This document shows, piece after piece, positions 1-8,682 of a stretch of 64,000 nucleotides of DNA; the stretch's first letter is position 1; the number at the start of each line of letters is the position of its first letter. The notes beneath the pieces are model-generated. The model did no database searches, was not told the DNA's origin, and was given only the letters and a program-made list of their open reading frames with translations. The stretch covers positions 53,660 through 117,659 of the forward strand of contig CAMTUW010000018.1 in NCBI GenBank assembly GCA_947085035.1, read 5' to 3'. The translations under genes were made by a program, and so were the position numbers. The stretch is from an uncultured Actinomycetes bacterium. GTDB lineage: Bacteria; Actinomycetota; Coriobacteriia; Anaerosomatales; PHET01.

Positions 1-384
1 GATCTCGAGCGCCTGCTCTCCGGTATCCGGCTGGCTGATGAGAAGCTCGTTGATGTCGACTCCGATGCGCGCGGCATACGTGGGGTCGAGGGCGTGCTCG
101 GCGTCGATGAACGCTACGACTCCGCCTGCCGCCTGCGCTTCCGCAAGAATCTGCAACGCGAGTGTTGTCTTGCCGCTTGACTCGGGGCCGTAGATCTCGA
201 CGATTCGACCGCGAGGCACACCACCGACTCCTAGTGCAGCATCCAGCGCCAGCGAGCCGGTCGGAATCACTGCAACCTGTACATTTGAGTGGTGCTCGCC
301 GAGCTTCATGATCGAGCCTTTGCCGAACTTCTTGTCAATCTGCTCTTTGGTGACGTCGAGCATCTTGTCCTTCTCGCGATCCAT
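1..384 (-). CDS. recA: RecA recombinase, N-terminal 128 codons (3' part runs off the window start)
   Basis: Manual reverse translation from ATG at 384-382: [30 protein letters not shown]...[19 protein letters not shown]...[11 protein letters not shown]. Walker [10 protein letters not shown]. Absent from ORF track because no stop lies in the window. Confidence 0.95.
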   Translation of the reverse strand, partial: MDREKDKMLDVTKEQIDKKFGKGSIMKLGEHHSNVQVAVIPTGSLALDAALGVGGVPRGRIVEIYGPESSGKTTLALQILAEAQAAGGVVAFIDAEHALDPTYAARIGVDINELLISQPDTGEQALEI

Positions 385-435
385 TCCTCACTCGCTCCTA
401 TCCGGGAATACGGGAGAAACCCTCAGGGCATCCCC

Positions 436-464
436 ACCCTACACGAACACATGTTCGATGTCAA
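436..464 (-). promoter_or_regulatory. recA promoter: -35 TTGACA (464-459), 17-nt spacer, -10 TAGGGT (441-436)
   Basis: Read directly. The -35 overlaps the thpR stop codon and the LexA box fills the spacer. Confidence 0.6.
444..457 (-). promoter_or_regulatory. LexA operator (Cheo/SOS box) CGAAC-N4-GTTCG
   Basis: Perfect palindrome CGAACATGTGTTCG (minus strand), 60 nt upstream of the recA ATG and inside the promoter spacer. Confidence 0.75.
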
Positions 465-1048
465 CGGGGCCATGTGACGAGTTCGTGGTAGTGCGGACCT
501 GCAGTCGTCAACTGGCTCGCATACAGGGTGACACGGGGGTATGACATCGTCTCGAACAGCTGGTCAAGAGTATTCTGACCTGCACTGATCGCGTCAGGCG
601 GAACCCTTCGAGAGCGTCGCGCGCGACACAGGGTCACATGGGGACGGAATCTCTCGTCTTCGACCCGGTTTGCGCTCTGAGGACGAAGAATCGAATCGGT
701 GGCCGAGGCGATCTCGGCTGCGAGAGTGGCACACGCGCCGGTCGTGTCTGTGAGAGAGAGCCACAGCATCGTGGCCCGCCTTGGTTGGGGGATCGCCGAC
801 AGACGCGGGTGCGAAAGGGTGATTTCTCGCTCACTCGGCAACACGCGGCCCAAGGCGTCAACGACGTCGGGGATGAATCGCTCCTCGACGTTTCCGATGA
901 ATTGAAGTGTCACGTGAAGATCCTCACGCCGCACCCACTTCTCCGCCTCCCATGCGGGAGACTCGGCGAGGAAGGCGCTTCGGGCAGACGTACACGCGTC
1001 AAGGAGTTCCTCGTCCAAGGGTAGCGCGAGGAAACAGCGCAGCCTCAT
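461..1048 (-). CDS. thpR: RNA 2',3'-cyclic phosphodiesterase / 2'-5' RNA ligase family (2H phosphoesterase)
   Basis: ORF 461-1180. Likely start is MRLRCFLALPLD at 1048, a 4-nt overlap with the cinA stop. Two H-x-T-x motifs (HVTLQF, HVTLCR). Confidence 0.8.
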   Translation of the reverse strand: MRLRCFLALPLDEELLDACTSARSAFLAESPAWEAEKWVRREDLHVTLQFIGNVEERFIPDVVDALGRVLPSEREITLSHPRLSAIPQPRRATMLWLSLTDTTGACATLAAEIASATDSILRPQSANRVEDERFRPHVTLCRARRSRRVPPDAISAGQNTLDQLFETMSYPRVTLYASQLTTAGPHYHELVTWPR

Positions 1049-2271
1049 CCCCGCATCGTATCTCGACGTAACAGGTCGAGCGCTCCGGCGGTCGCTCGGG
1101 CACGAACGGCGACGCGACTCCCCGCACGGAACTGGTGTTGCTCGACGATACTGTTCGTGGCAGAGGCGACGGCCAGCCACACGAGCCCGACGGGTTTGTC
1201 GGGGCTCCCGCCACCGGGGCCGGCGATGCCGGTCGTTGCAACGGCGATGTCTGAGCGGAACCGTTCCCGGGCTCCTCGCGCCATCGCGAGGGCGACGGGT
1301 CCGCTCACGGCGCCGTGTTCGGAGATGAGGGCTTCATCGACGCCGAGCACGAGGGATTTCGATTCGTTCGAGTACGTGACTGCCGCGCCGAGAAAGACCG
1401 CGGAGGCGCCCGCGACGCTGGTGAGCTCCGAGGCGATCATCCCGCCGGTGCATGATTCCGCACATGAAAGCGTCAAGCCGCACCGAATCGCACACTGGAC
1501 GGTCACTTGCGCAAGAGTCAGGCCCTCGGTGGTGTAGCAATGCTCACCGAGTGATGTCACGACCGCGTCAACCGCCGAGGAGAACACGTCGGCTCCCACA
1601 CCGTCGTCGGAGAGGATGATGCGAACATCGCCCGGCCGAGCAAGCACGGTGAAACGAACCGGACCGAACTCATCGAGCACGCGAGACACACGGACCTGCG
1701 CGTCTGACTCGGTGAGACCGACCACACCGAGATCGGCGGAGTCCATGCCCGTACGGGGGTGATCAGTGAGAATGACGTCCAGCATGGGACGCATCTCGGA
1801 GGGAGGACCGGGAAGCAGCGCGAGCATGCCTCTTGGAGTCCGGATGACCAAACCCGGGGCTGTGCCCGTCACAGGATCGATGATTCGAGCCCCCGGAATC
1901 ACCTCAGCCTGGCGAAAGGTCCGGGAGCACGCCTCTGCATCCTTGTGAAGTCGCGCACTGGGCGACAGTAGCTCCACAAGACGATCATCGCGTACGAGGG
2001 TGGCATCCACCGCTTGTGCCGCGGCTTCTCGCGTGATGTCATCGTGTGTGGGACCGAGCCCGCCGGTAGTGATCACGAGGTCGTATCGAGCCAGAAGTCT
2101 GCGAAGCGTGCTCGCGAGAAGCGAAAGGTCGTCTGGCACACTCACGGCCTCGAACACGACGACTCCGCGACTCCCCAGCTCACGGGCGATCTCGGCGGAG
2201 TTGGTGTCGACATGAAGCCCCTCGGTGAGCTCAGAACCAACCGTGACGATCGCAGCGAGAATACGTTCCAC
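1045..2271 (-). CDS. cinA: CinA competence/damage-inducible protein (MoCF-binding domain plus PncC-type NMN amidohydrolase domain)
   Basis: 408 aa, GTG start. N-terminus AAIVTVGSELTEG...ITTGGLGPTHDDIT. C-terminal domain SCAESCTGGMIA...VATTGIAGPGGG. Confidence 0.9.
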   Translation of the reverse strand: MERILAAIVTVGSELTEGLHVDTNSAEIARELGSRGVVVFEAVSVPDDLSLLASTLRRLLARYDLVITTGGLGPTHDDITREAAAQAVDATLVRDDRLVELLSPSARLHKDAEACSRTFRQAEVIPGARIIDPVTGTAPGLVIRTPRGMLALLPGPPSEMRPMLDVILTDHPRTGMDSADLGVVGLTESDAQVRVSRVLDEFGPVRFTVLARPGDVRIILSDDGVGADVFSSAVDAVVTSLGEHCYTTEGLTLAQVTVQCAIRCGLTLSCAESCTGGMIASELTSVAGASAVFLGAAVTYSNESKSLVLGVDEALISEHGAVSGPVALAMARGARERFRSDIAVATTGIAGPGGGSPDKPVGLVWLAVASATNSIVEQHQFRAGSRVAVRARATAGALDLLRRDTMRG

Positions 2272-2305
2272 GACGTGGACCTTTCCAAGAACCGCGCGCG
2301 AGTGG

Positions 2306-2986
2306 TCAGTCGGTCAGTTCGTCCTCCGCGTCCTGAGCCGCGGATATCGCTTCAGGGCTTGCGTCGCTCCATGGACCGATGAGGATATCGGGCGCACGGC
2401 GGAAGTAGTCGAGCATGGATGCGACGGTGACGATCAAGGCAGCCCCCATCACGGTCCACGATGCGATCTGCGCGAACAGAACAACGCCGCTACCGAACGA
2501 TGCGACAGCCTGACTGTCCTTGATCAGGAACATGACGATGGCGATGATCTGCAAGACGGTCTTGACCTTCCCGTAGATCGAAGCCGCGATGATGACACCT
2601 TCCGCAGAGGCGACCATCCTCAAGCCGTTGACGATGAACTCACGGCTGATGATGACGAGCGCGACCCACGCGGGCAAAACATTGAGCTCGATGAGTGCGA
2701 GGAGTGCGGCGGTCACAAGAAGCTTGTCCGCCAGAGGGTCGATGAACTTGCCGAACGTCGTCACTTCGTTGCGGCTCCGAGCAAGGTAGCCGTCAACGCC
2801 GTCCGTGGCGGCAAGTAGGATGAATATCGCCGCGGCCAGGATCGGTTTCAAGGCGGCGAGCCACACAGGGGCGGCGATCCACTCGGGCCAATCGGCGAGA
2901 AGCACCACGAGGAAGACCGGCGTGAGAACGACGCGCGCCACGGTCACCGAGTTCGCTGCATTGAGTCCGACTTTGGGGTTCGCCAT
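2306..2986 (-). CDS. pgsA: CDP-diacylglycerol--glycerol-3-phosphate 3-phosphatidyltransferase
   Basis: CDP-alcohol transferase motif DGVDGYLARSRNEVTTFGKFIDPLADK. Multiple TM segments. Start overlaps the rimO stop (TGATG). Confidence 0.9.
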   Translation of the reverse strand: MANPKVGLNAANSVTVARVVLTPVFLVVLLADWPEWIAAPVWLAALKPILAAAIFILLAATDGVDGYLARSRNEVTTFGKFIDPLADKLLVTAALLALIELNVLPAWVALVIISREFIVNGLRMVASAEGVIIAASIYGKVKTVLQIIAIVMFLIKDSQAVASFGSGVVLFAQIASWTVMGAALIVTVASMLDYFRRAPDILIGPWSDASPEAISAAQDAEDELTD

Positions 2987-4308
2987 CAGATGACCTCCGC
3001 TTCGAGGTCGTAGCCGTATGAGTCCGTGACGCGGGCAAGAACGATGTCTCCTTCGTCGCCACGGTCGAGCAAGACGATACCGTCAATCTCTGGAGCCTGG
3101 CCACGCCAACGCCCCACTACGGAGTCCTCCTCGCTATCATAGCCCTCAACGAGGACTTCGATCATCTCCCCCACCCTACGCGAAACGCGCATCACACCGA
3201 TCTGGTCTGCAAGGTCGCGTAACCGCTGGGCTCTAGCGCGACGGGTGCGAACAGGGATCTGCTGGGTGAACCCGGCGGCAGGTGTCCCTTCCTCAGGCGA
3301 GAACGGAAACACTCCGAGATAATCGAACCCGGCATCAACAACGAAACGTTGGAGAAGCTTGGCGTCTGAGGGGGTCTCGCCCGGAAAGCCCGCGATGAGT
3401 GTGGTACGCAACGCGATGTCCGGCACCTTCGCCCGGATACGCGAGATCAAGGCGAGATACTCAGTTGCGTCACCGCGACGCGCCATGCGCCGCAACACGT
3501 CGCCGCTGGCATGCTGGAGAGGCATGTCGAGATAGCCCACGATGTTGTCGTGTGCGGCCATGACATCGAGTAGTTCGTCAGTGATGCCGTCGGGCTGTGC
3601 GTACATGAGCCGCAGCCAGCGCACGCCCTCGATGCGAGCGACCGTTTCAACGACGTCTGCGATGGTGTTCGAGCACTCGAGATCGCGTCCCCAGGAAGTG
3701 ATGTCTTGACCGATGAGGACGATCTCGCGCGCACCCTTCCCGACGAGCTCGACGGTCTCGGCGACGATATCAGCGAGAATCCGCGAACGATAAGGACCTC
3801 GGATCGCGGGAATCGTGCAGTACGTGCACGCGCGGTGGCACCCGTCAGAAACCTGGACATACGCGCTTGGGCCTGAGACGGTGCGCTGCGCGACCGGGCT
3901 GGGAGAAGCACCCTCGGTAGCCCTCCAGTCGACGCCGGTCAGGTCAGCGAGAAGCGGTAGGAGACCGCCCTCGTCGGAGACCGGCAGGAACGCATCGATC
4001 TCTGCCATGGCCTGGCCGAGTTGTGAGCCGTAACGGCTGGGCATGCATCCGGCGACTATGAGCTTGCGACTCTTGTTCTCGGGCGCCCAGCGGTGCGCGT
4101 AGTCAAGGACCGTCGCGATGGACTCCTCGGTAGCCTCTTGTATGAACGAGCAGGTGTTGACGACAACGACGTCAGCGCGCGCGGGGTCATCCACGAGGTG
4201 GTAGGCAGAGCCAGCCACGGCGGCGGCCATGCGATCCGAATCGACCTCGTTCTTCGGACAGCCCAATGTGACGAAGGCGACGGACACGCGGGGTCCTGAC
4301 TGGGCCAT
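2986..4308 (-). CDS. rimO: Radical-SAM methylthiotransferase, RimO-like (ribosomal protein S12 methylthiotransferase)
   Basis: 440 aa. N-terminal VAFVTLGCPKNEVDS, radical SAM CHRACTYC, C-terminal TRAM-like segment. RimO rather than MiaB is inferred from the N-terminal pattern. Confidence 0.8.
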   Translation of the reverse strand: MAQSGPRVSVAFVTLGCPKNEVDSDRMAAAVAGSAYHLVDDPARADVVVVNTCSFIQEATEESIATVLDYAHRWAPENKSRKLIVAGCMPSRYGSQLGQAMAEIDAFLPVSDEGGLLPLLADLTGVDWRATEGASPSPVAQRTVSGPSAYVQVSDGCHRACTYCTIPAIRGPYRSRILADIVAETVELVGKGAREIVLIGQDITSWGRDLECSNTIADVVETVARIEGVRWLRLMYAQPDGITDELLDVMAAHDNIVGYLDMPLQHASGDVLRRMARRGDATEYLALISRIRAKVPDIALRTTLIAGFPGETPSDAKLLQRFVVDAGFDYLGVFPFSPEEGTPAAGFTQQIPVRTRRARAQRLRDLADQIGVMRVSRRVGEMIEVLVEGYDSEEDSVVGRWRGQAPEIDGIVLLDRGDEGDIVLARVTDSYGYDLEAEVI

Positions 4309-4311
4309 CGG

Positions 4312-4809
4312 CTATCGGTAGTTCGTGTACTGGAGAGGGATGCCGTAGTCCTTCTCTTTGAGAAACGCGATGACGGACTGCAGGTCGTCGCGTTTCGGGG
4401 CGCTCACGCGCAGCTTGTCGCCCTCGATCTGTACTTTGACCTTGTACTTCTCGTCACGGATCTCCTTGTTGATCCGCTTGGCCAGATCGGTCTCGATTCC
4501 CATGACGAGCGTCCCCGCAAGGCGTACGGTGCCGCCGCTGGCGGCTTGGGGAGCGCTCCACGACACGGCCTTGAGGTCGACACCACGTCGCACGAGCTTG
4601 GAGTTCAGCACGTCCATCACCTGATGAGCGATGAAGTCGGAGGGGGCATGCAGAGTGAAGGACTTGTCACCCTTGCTGAACTCAAGGGTGGCTCCGGAAT
4701 CCTTGAGGTCGTAGCGCTGTACGAGCTCTTTGGCTGCCTGCTGATAGGCGTTATCCACTTCTTGCAGATCGACTTCAGAGACGACGTCGAAACTGTTGTC
4801 CTTGGACAT
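4312..4809 (-). CDS. yajQ: YajQ family (UPF0234) nucleotide / cyclic-di-GMP-binding protein
   Basis: 165 aa, MSKDNSFDVVSEVDLQEVDNAYQQAAKE...KVQIEGDKLRV, typical YajQ pattern. Confidence 0.85.
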   Translation of the reverse strand: MSKDNSFDVVSEVDLQEVDNAYQQAAKELVQRYDLKDSGATLEFSKGDKSFTLHAPSDFIAHQVMDVLNSKLVRRGVDLKAVSWSAPQAASGGTVRLAGTLVMGIETDLAKRINKEIRDEKYKVKVQIEGDKLRVSAPKRDDLQSVIAFLKEKDYGIPLQYTNYR

Positions 4810-4837
4810 GGTGGTTCACCCTCCACATTCTTGGGGC

Positions 4838-5593
4838 CTATTCGGGCGGTTCTGCGGTCAGTGTCAATACGGGCGCTTCGCCTTTGGGAAGCGCAACCTT
4901 CTTTCCGTCTCTGAGGATCGTGACGACAGCCGGCTTCCCGATTCTAACGGAGGCTTCTGCAGTGACCTCGAAACGTTTTGACTGGCCGCCGGTGAGTGTA
5001 CCCACGTAGGCTTGTCTGCCGTCGACCGAGATCTGCAACCATGAGGCGCCCGCAGCATCGACCGAAACGTCGAGCGTGAAGGGCGCCGCTTGTGAGACCT
5101 CTCCGGTACGAGGTTTTGGATCCGATGTCTCGCTTCCAGCTATGGCGCTGCTGGGCGCAGTCGATCGTTGCGGCGGTACCGGTTCGGGTGCGAGCGTCGC
5201 TGGACCACTGGCAAGGCGAATCGCGAACCAGACTGCAACGGATATCGCGACAAGAACGATGACGAGGATCACGGCGACGCGAAACGGTACCGCGTGTTGC
5301 TCTCCCGTTCGCGGAACCGCTTCTTCCACGTGGGGAAGATCGAGGTCGGGCCGCCGCATGGTTCCCGATTCCGCCTTGTAGATCGCAAGGAGAGGGAGCG
5401 GATCGAGTTCAAGGAAGCGCGCGTAGCTCGAGATGTAGCCGCGAACGTAACCGGGGTTTGGAAGCCGATCGTACTCCCCATGCTCGATCGCTCTCAGCAG
5501 CTTGACTCGAATCTTCGTGGCCTCCTCGGCCTGTTCGATCGATAGTCCGAGAGCACGCCGACGTTCCTGCAGGGTGTCTCCGAGTCTAGACAT
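4838..5593 (-). CDS. rodZ: RodZ-like cytoskeleton protein (N-terminal HTH, one TM, C-terminal DUF4115-like domain)
   Basis: ORF 4838-5788. Conserved start MSRLGDTLQERRRALGLSIEQAEEATKIRVKLLRAIEHGEYDRLP at 5593, 8 nt overlapping the ftsK end. TM segment FRVAVILVIVLVAISVAVWFAI. Confidence 0.7.
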   Translation of the reverse strand: MSRLGDTLQERRRALGLSIEQAEEATKIRVKLLRAIEHGEYDRLPNPGYVRGYISSYARFLELDPLPLLAIYKAESGTMRRPDLDLPHVEEAVPRTGEQHAVPFRVAVILVIVLVAISVAVWFAIRLASGPATLAPEPVPPQRSTAPSSAIAGSETSDPKPRTGEVSQAAPFTLDVSVDAAGASWLQISVDGRQAYVGTLTGGQSKRFEVTAEASVRIGKPAVVTILRDGKKVALPKGEAPVLTLTAEPPE

Positions 5594-7859
5594 CAGACTC
5601 ACCACCTGAGAGATCCTCACGATCGAACGCCTTGATCGCCTCAAGGCCCTCGACGTCGACGTTGACCTCGCGGGGTTTGGAGCCGTCTGGAGGACCGACG
5701 ATGCCCTTCGCCTCCAGCATGTCCATGATACGGCCGGCCCTGGCATAGCCGACTTTGAGGCGGCGTTGCAGCATGCTGGTGGAGCCAAGTCCGCTCATCA
5801 CGATGATGTCTGCGGCCTCCCAGAGCAAAGGATCATCATCGCCACCACCCTCTCCCCCGCCATTTCCGCCACGCGTCACAGTGAGATTGAGTATCTCTGT
5901 GTGGTAGTCCGGTTCAGACTGCGATTTGAGATGACGAACGACCTCTTCTGTCTCGGATTCTGAAACGAAACAGCCCTGAATCCGCTTCGGCTTGGACCAC
6001 GCCGGTGTCGAGAACAACATGTCGCCAAGACCGACCAGCTTCTCGGCGCCGGACTGGTCGAGGATGACGCGGGAATCGATGGAGCTGGCTACGTTGAAAG
6101 CGATCCTGTTCGTGATGTTGGCCTTGATCAGTCCGGTGACGACGTTGGCTTCCGGACGCTGGGTGGCGACGATCAGGTGTATGCCGGCGGCGCGGGCGAG
6201 TTGAGCGATGCGACAGATCGAGTCCTCGACCTCTTTGGCTGCGACCATCATCAAGTCGGCGAGCTCGTCGATCACGATGACGAGGTAAGGCAGCTCGCTC
6301 GCACCCTCGGGTCCCTTGCCCTCTTGCACCAGCGCGTTGTAGGCACCGATGTTGCGAGCGCCCGCGATCTGCAGCAGTTTGAGGCGGCGCTCCATCTCTT
6401 GCACCGACCATGCGAGCGCGCTGGCTGCCTCTTTCGGCTCGGTAACGACAGGAACGTAGAGGTGAGGCACCCCGTTGTACATCGAGAGTTCGACCCGCTT
6501 GGGGTCGATGAGGATGAGTCGGACCTCGGAGGGCGTGGAGCGCATGAGGATCGACATCAACATGGCGTTGATGGCGACCGACTTGCCCGAGCCGGTGGTC
6601 CCACCCAACAGCAGATGGGGCATCGTCGCGAGGTCGGCCTGAACCGGTCCTCCACCGACGTCCTTGCCGATGCCAAGCAGGAGCGGACCGTCTTCGCCGG
6701 CTGGCGAAAGAACGTCTCCCAAGGTGACGGAGGTACGTCGCATGTTCGGGACTTCGATACCAACGAGAGCTTTGCCAGGAATCGGGGCCAGAATGCGCAC
6801 TGTCGAGGCCGCAAGCGCCAGCGCAAGATCGTCGGCGAGCGCAGTGACACGGTTGAGACGCACGCCCTTGGCGATCTCGACCTCGAAAAGCGTGACTGTA
6901 GGACCGGCGATCCACGCGACGACGCGAGCCGGGATGTCGAACGTGGCGAGTGTCTCGGCGATGTCTTGGGCGGTGACACGAAGCTCGTTGTCGGTTGCCT
7001 TGTGTCCAGCAGCCGACTCAGAAGTCCGGGCCAGAAGCGAGGCGTTCGGTAGCACGAAACCCTCCATGGCGCGCGGGGATCTCGTGATGGGGGTGGGTAC
7101 GGTCTTTCGATCCGCCTGAGGGTCGACCACCTTGCCCCGAGCAGCTCTTCCCTGGGCACCCGGTGATGCGTTCGTCTCGGCGCTGCCGTTGTCGGCTGTG
7201 AGGTCGCCCTTCGGCACGGTACGAAGCTCTCGTGGGCTGCGCGCACGAGTCGGGGACTCATCCGGTGCCGCCGTGAAGAAGCGTTCGCGGATCATCTCAA
7301 CGAGCCCCGTGATCGACAATCCGGTCACGACAAGGCCGATGAGCAACACGCCCACAAGCAAGACGATGGAGATGGTCTGCCCGACCAAAGAAACGAACGC
7401 CCACGCGATCGCGCCGCCCAGGTAGCCGCCATGAGCCGCAACGACATCGCCGTCGAGGTACTCCTTGCTGGGGGTCGACAGGGAGACAAGTGAGATGATC
7501 GAAACGACTATGATGCCTAAACCGGCCCCCGTACGACCTTCGCGTATGTCTGCGCGGATGAAGAACGACACACCCCAGAGCAGCAGTCCGATCGGAATCA
7601 AGTACGCGCCCACACCGAAGACGGTCTTCAGGGTCTGTGCGGCGGCGTTCGCCGCGACTCCGCTGTTTGTGGACACAACGGCGATCATGAGTGCGACAGC
7701 GAGGACGGACAAGGTCACGCCGACGATGTCGCGTCGAGATCCCTCGTCAAGCCACCCCTGTGACGTGACGCGTTTCGAGACCGAGCCCGAGCGTGCGCGA
7801 CCGGCGGTGGATCCGCGAGTCTTTGAGGCACGTGTGGGTTGTTTCTGTTTGCCGACCAT
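5586..7859 (-). CDS. ftsK: DNA translocase FtsK/SpoIIIE
   Basis: 757 aa. N-terminal TM helices, Walker A GGTTGSGKSV, Walker B VIVIDELADLM, C-terminal gamma winged helix STSMLQRRLKVGYARAGRIMD. Confidence 0.95.
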   Translation of the reverse strand: MVGKQKQPTRASKTRGSTAGRARSGSVSKRVTSQGWLDEGSRRDIVGVTLSVLAVALMIAVVSTNSGVAANAAAQTLKTVFGVGAYLIPIGLLLWGVSFFIRADIREGRTGAGLGIIVVSIISLVSLSTPSKEYLDGDVVAAHGGYLGGAIAWAFVSLVGQTISIVLLVGVLLIGLVVTGLSITGLVEMIRERFFTAAPDESPTRARSPRELRTVPKGDLTADNGSAETNASPGAQGRAARGKVVDPQADRKTVPTPITRSPRAMEGFVLPNASLLARTSESAAGHKATDNELRVTAQDIAETLATFDIPARVVAWIAGPTVTLFEVEIAKGVRLNRVTALADDLALALAASTVRILAPIPGKALVGIEVPNMRRTSVTLGDVLSPAGEDGPLLLGIGKDVGGGPVQADLATMPHLLLGGTTGSGKSVAINAMLMSILMRSTPSEVRLILIDPKRVELSMYNGVPHLYVPVVTEPKEAASALAWSVQEMERRLKLLQIAGARNIGAYNALVQEGKGPEGASELPYLVIVIDELADLMMVAAKEVEDSICRIAQLARAAGIHLIVATQRPEANVVTGLIKANITNRIAFNVASSIDSRVILDQSGAEKLVGLGDMLFSTPAWSKPKRIQGCFVSESETEEVVRHLKSQSEPDYHTEILNLTVTRGGNGGGEGGGDDDPLLWEAADIIVMSGLGSTSMLQRRLKVGYARAGRIMDMLEAKGIVGPPDGSKPREVNVDVEGLEAIKAFDREDLSGGESDV

Positions 7860-7872
7860 GACGTTACTGCTC

Positions 7873-8682
7873 CTAGAGTACGATCTGCCAGGTGATGACC
7901 GCGGTACCCATAAGCGCAGTGTAGATCGCGAACGGGCGAAGCGAGTGATTCTTCAGGTATCCGAGCAGCCACGCGATTGCCAAGTAGCTCGCGATCGCCG
8001 ATGCGCCGAATCCCACCGCGCACGCAGTGAGGCCGGGCAACGTCGAGCCCTCGGTGATCGCGTCGACCGCAGTCTTTGCGGTGGCGAGGAAGATGATCGG
8101 CGTTGAGAGCAGAAACGAGAACCTGGCTGCCTGCTCACGTGGGAGTCCGATCAGCAGACCCGCAGAGATCGTAGCGCCTGAACGCGAGATTCCGGGTGCG
8201 ATGGCGGCCGCCTGAGCGAGTCCGACGAAGGCCGCTTGTGCGACAGTCATGCTCTCGGGGCGCTTGGTGTTCATGGCGGCGAGCCTGTCGGCAAACGTGA
8301 GGAACACCGAAGTCACCAGCAAGAAGACACCTGTCCACAGTACGGACGAGAAGAGCGATTCGAAGAAGTCGTCAAACGACAGACCGATCACACCCGTGAC
8401 GAAGGTGCCTGCGACGATGAGCCACGCAAGTCGTCGATCGCTTGCTCGCGCGTCGCCGGTGGAGAACACGGCGAGCACCATGTTCCACAAGTCTCTACGG
8501 AAATACACGACAATCGCCATCAGCGAAGCCGCATGCAGCAGCACGTCAAACGCTATGTTGCCGGAGAACTGCTCCCAACCGAAGACGGCCGGCACGATCA
8601 CCAGGTGCCCTGATGAGGAGATCGGCAGGAACTCAGTCATTCCCTGGATGGCTCCGAGTACGAAGGCCTGAATGATCTCCAC
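7873..8682 (-). CDS. uppP: Undecaprenyl-diphosphate phosphatase
   Basis: ORF 7873-8736. Motif GMTEFLPISSSGHL. Preferred GTG start at 8682 (VEIIQAFVLGAIQG) abuts the rnj stop. The track start at 8736 would overlap rnj by 55 nt. Confidence 0.85.
   Translation of the reverse strand: MEIIQAFVLGAIQGMTEFLPISSSGHLVIVPAVFGWEQFSGNIAFDVLLHAASLMAIVVYFRRDLWNMVLAVFSTGDARASDRRLAWLIVAGTFVTGVIGLSFDDFFESLFSSVLWTGVFLLVTSVFLTFADRLAAMNTKRPESMTVAQAAFVGLAQAAAIAPGISRSGATISAGLLIGLPREQAARFSFLLSTPIIFLATAKTAVDAITEGSTLPGLTACAVGFGASAIASYLAIAWLLGYLKNHSLRPFAIYTALMGTAVITWQIVL

Noticed and set aside
4312-4809. YajQ (c-di-GMP-binding family) as the missing c-di-GMP link to the WhiG-type sigma
   Set aside because: It lies about 33 kb away in an unrelated gene context (rimO-yajQ-rodZ). 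There is no sequence evidence for a connection, so the idea is pure speculation.
5914-7052. 333-aa minus-strand ORF (5914-6915) and 291-aa plus-strand ORF (6177-7052) inside ftsK
   Set aside because: Both are alternative frames of the FtsK motor domain, which is itself unambiguous (Walker A/B, gamma domain). The products are Arg/Pro/His-rich nonsense-like sequence.
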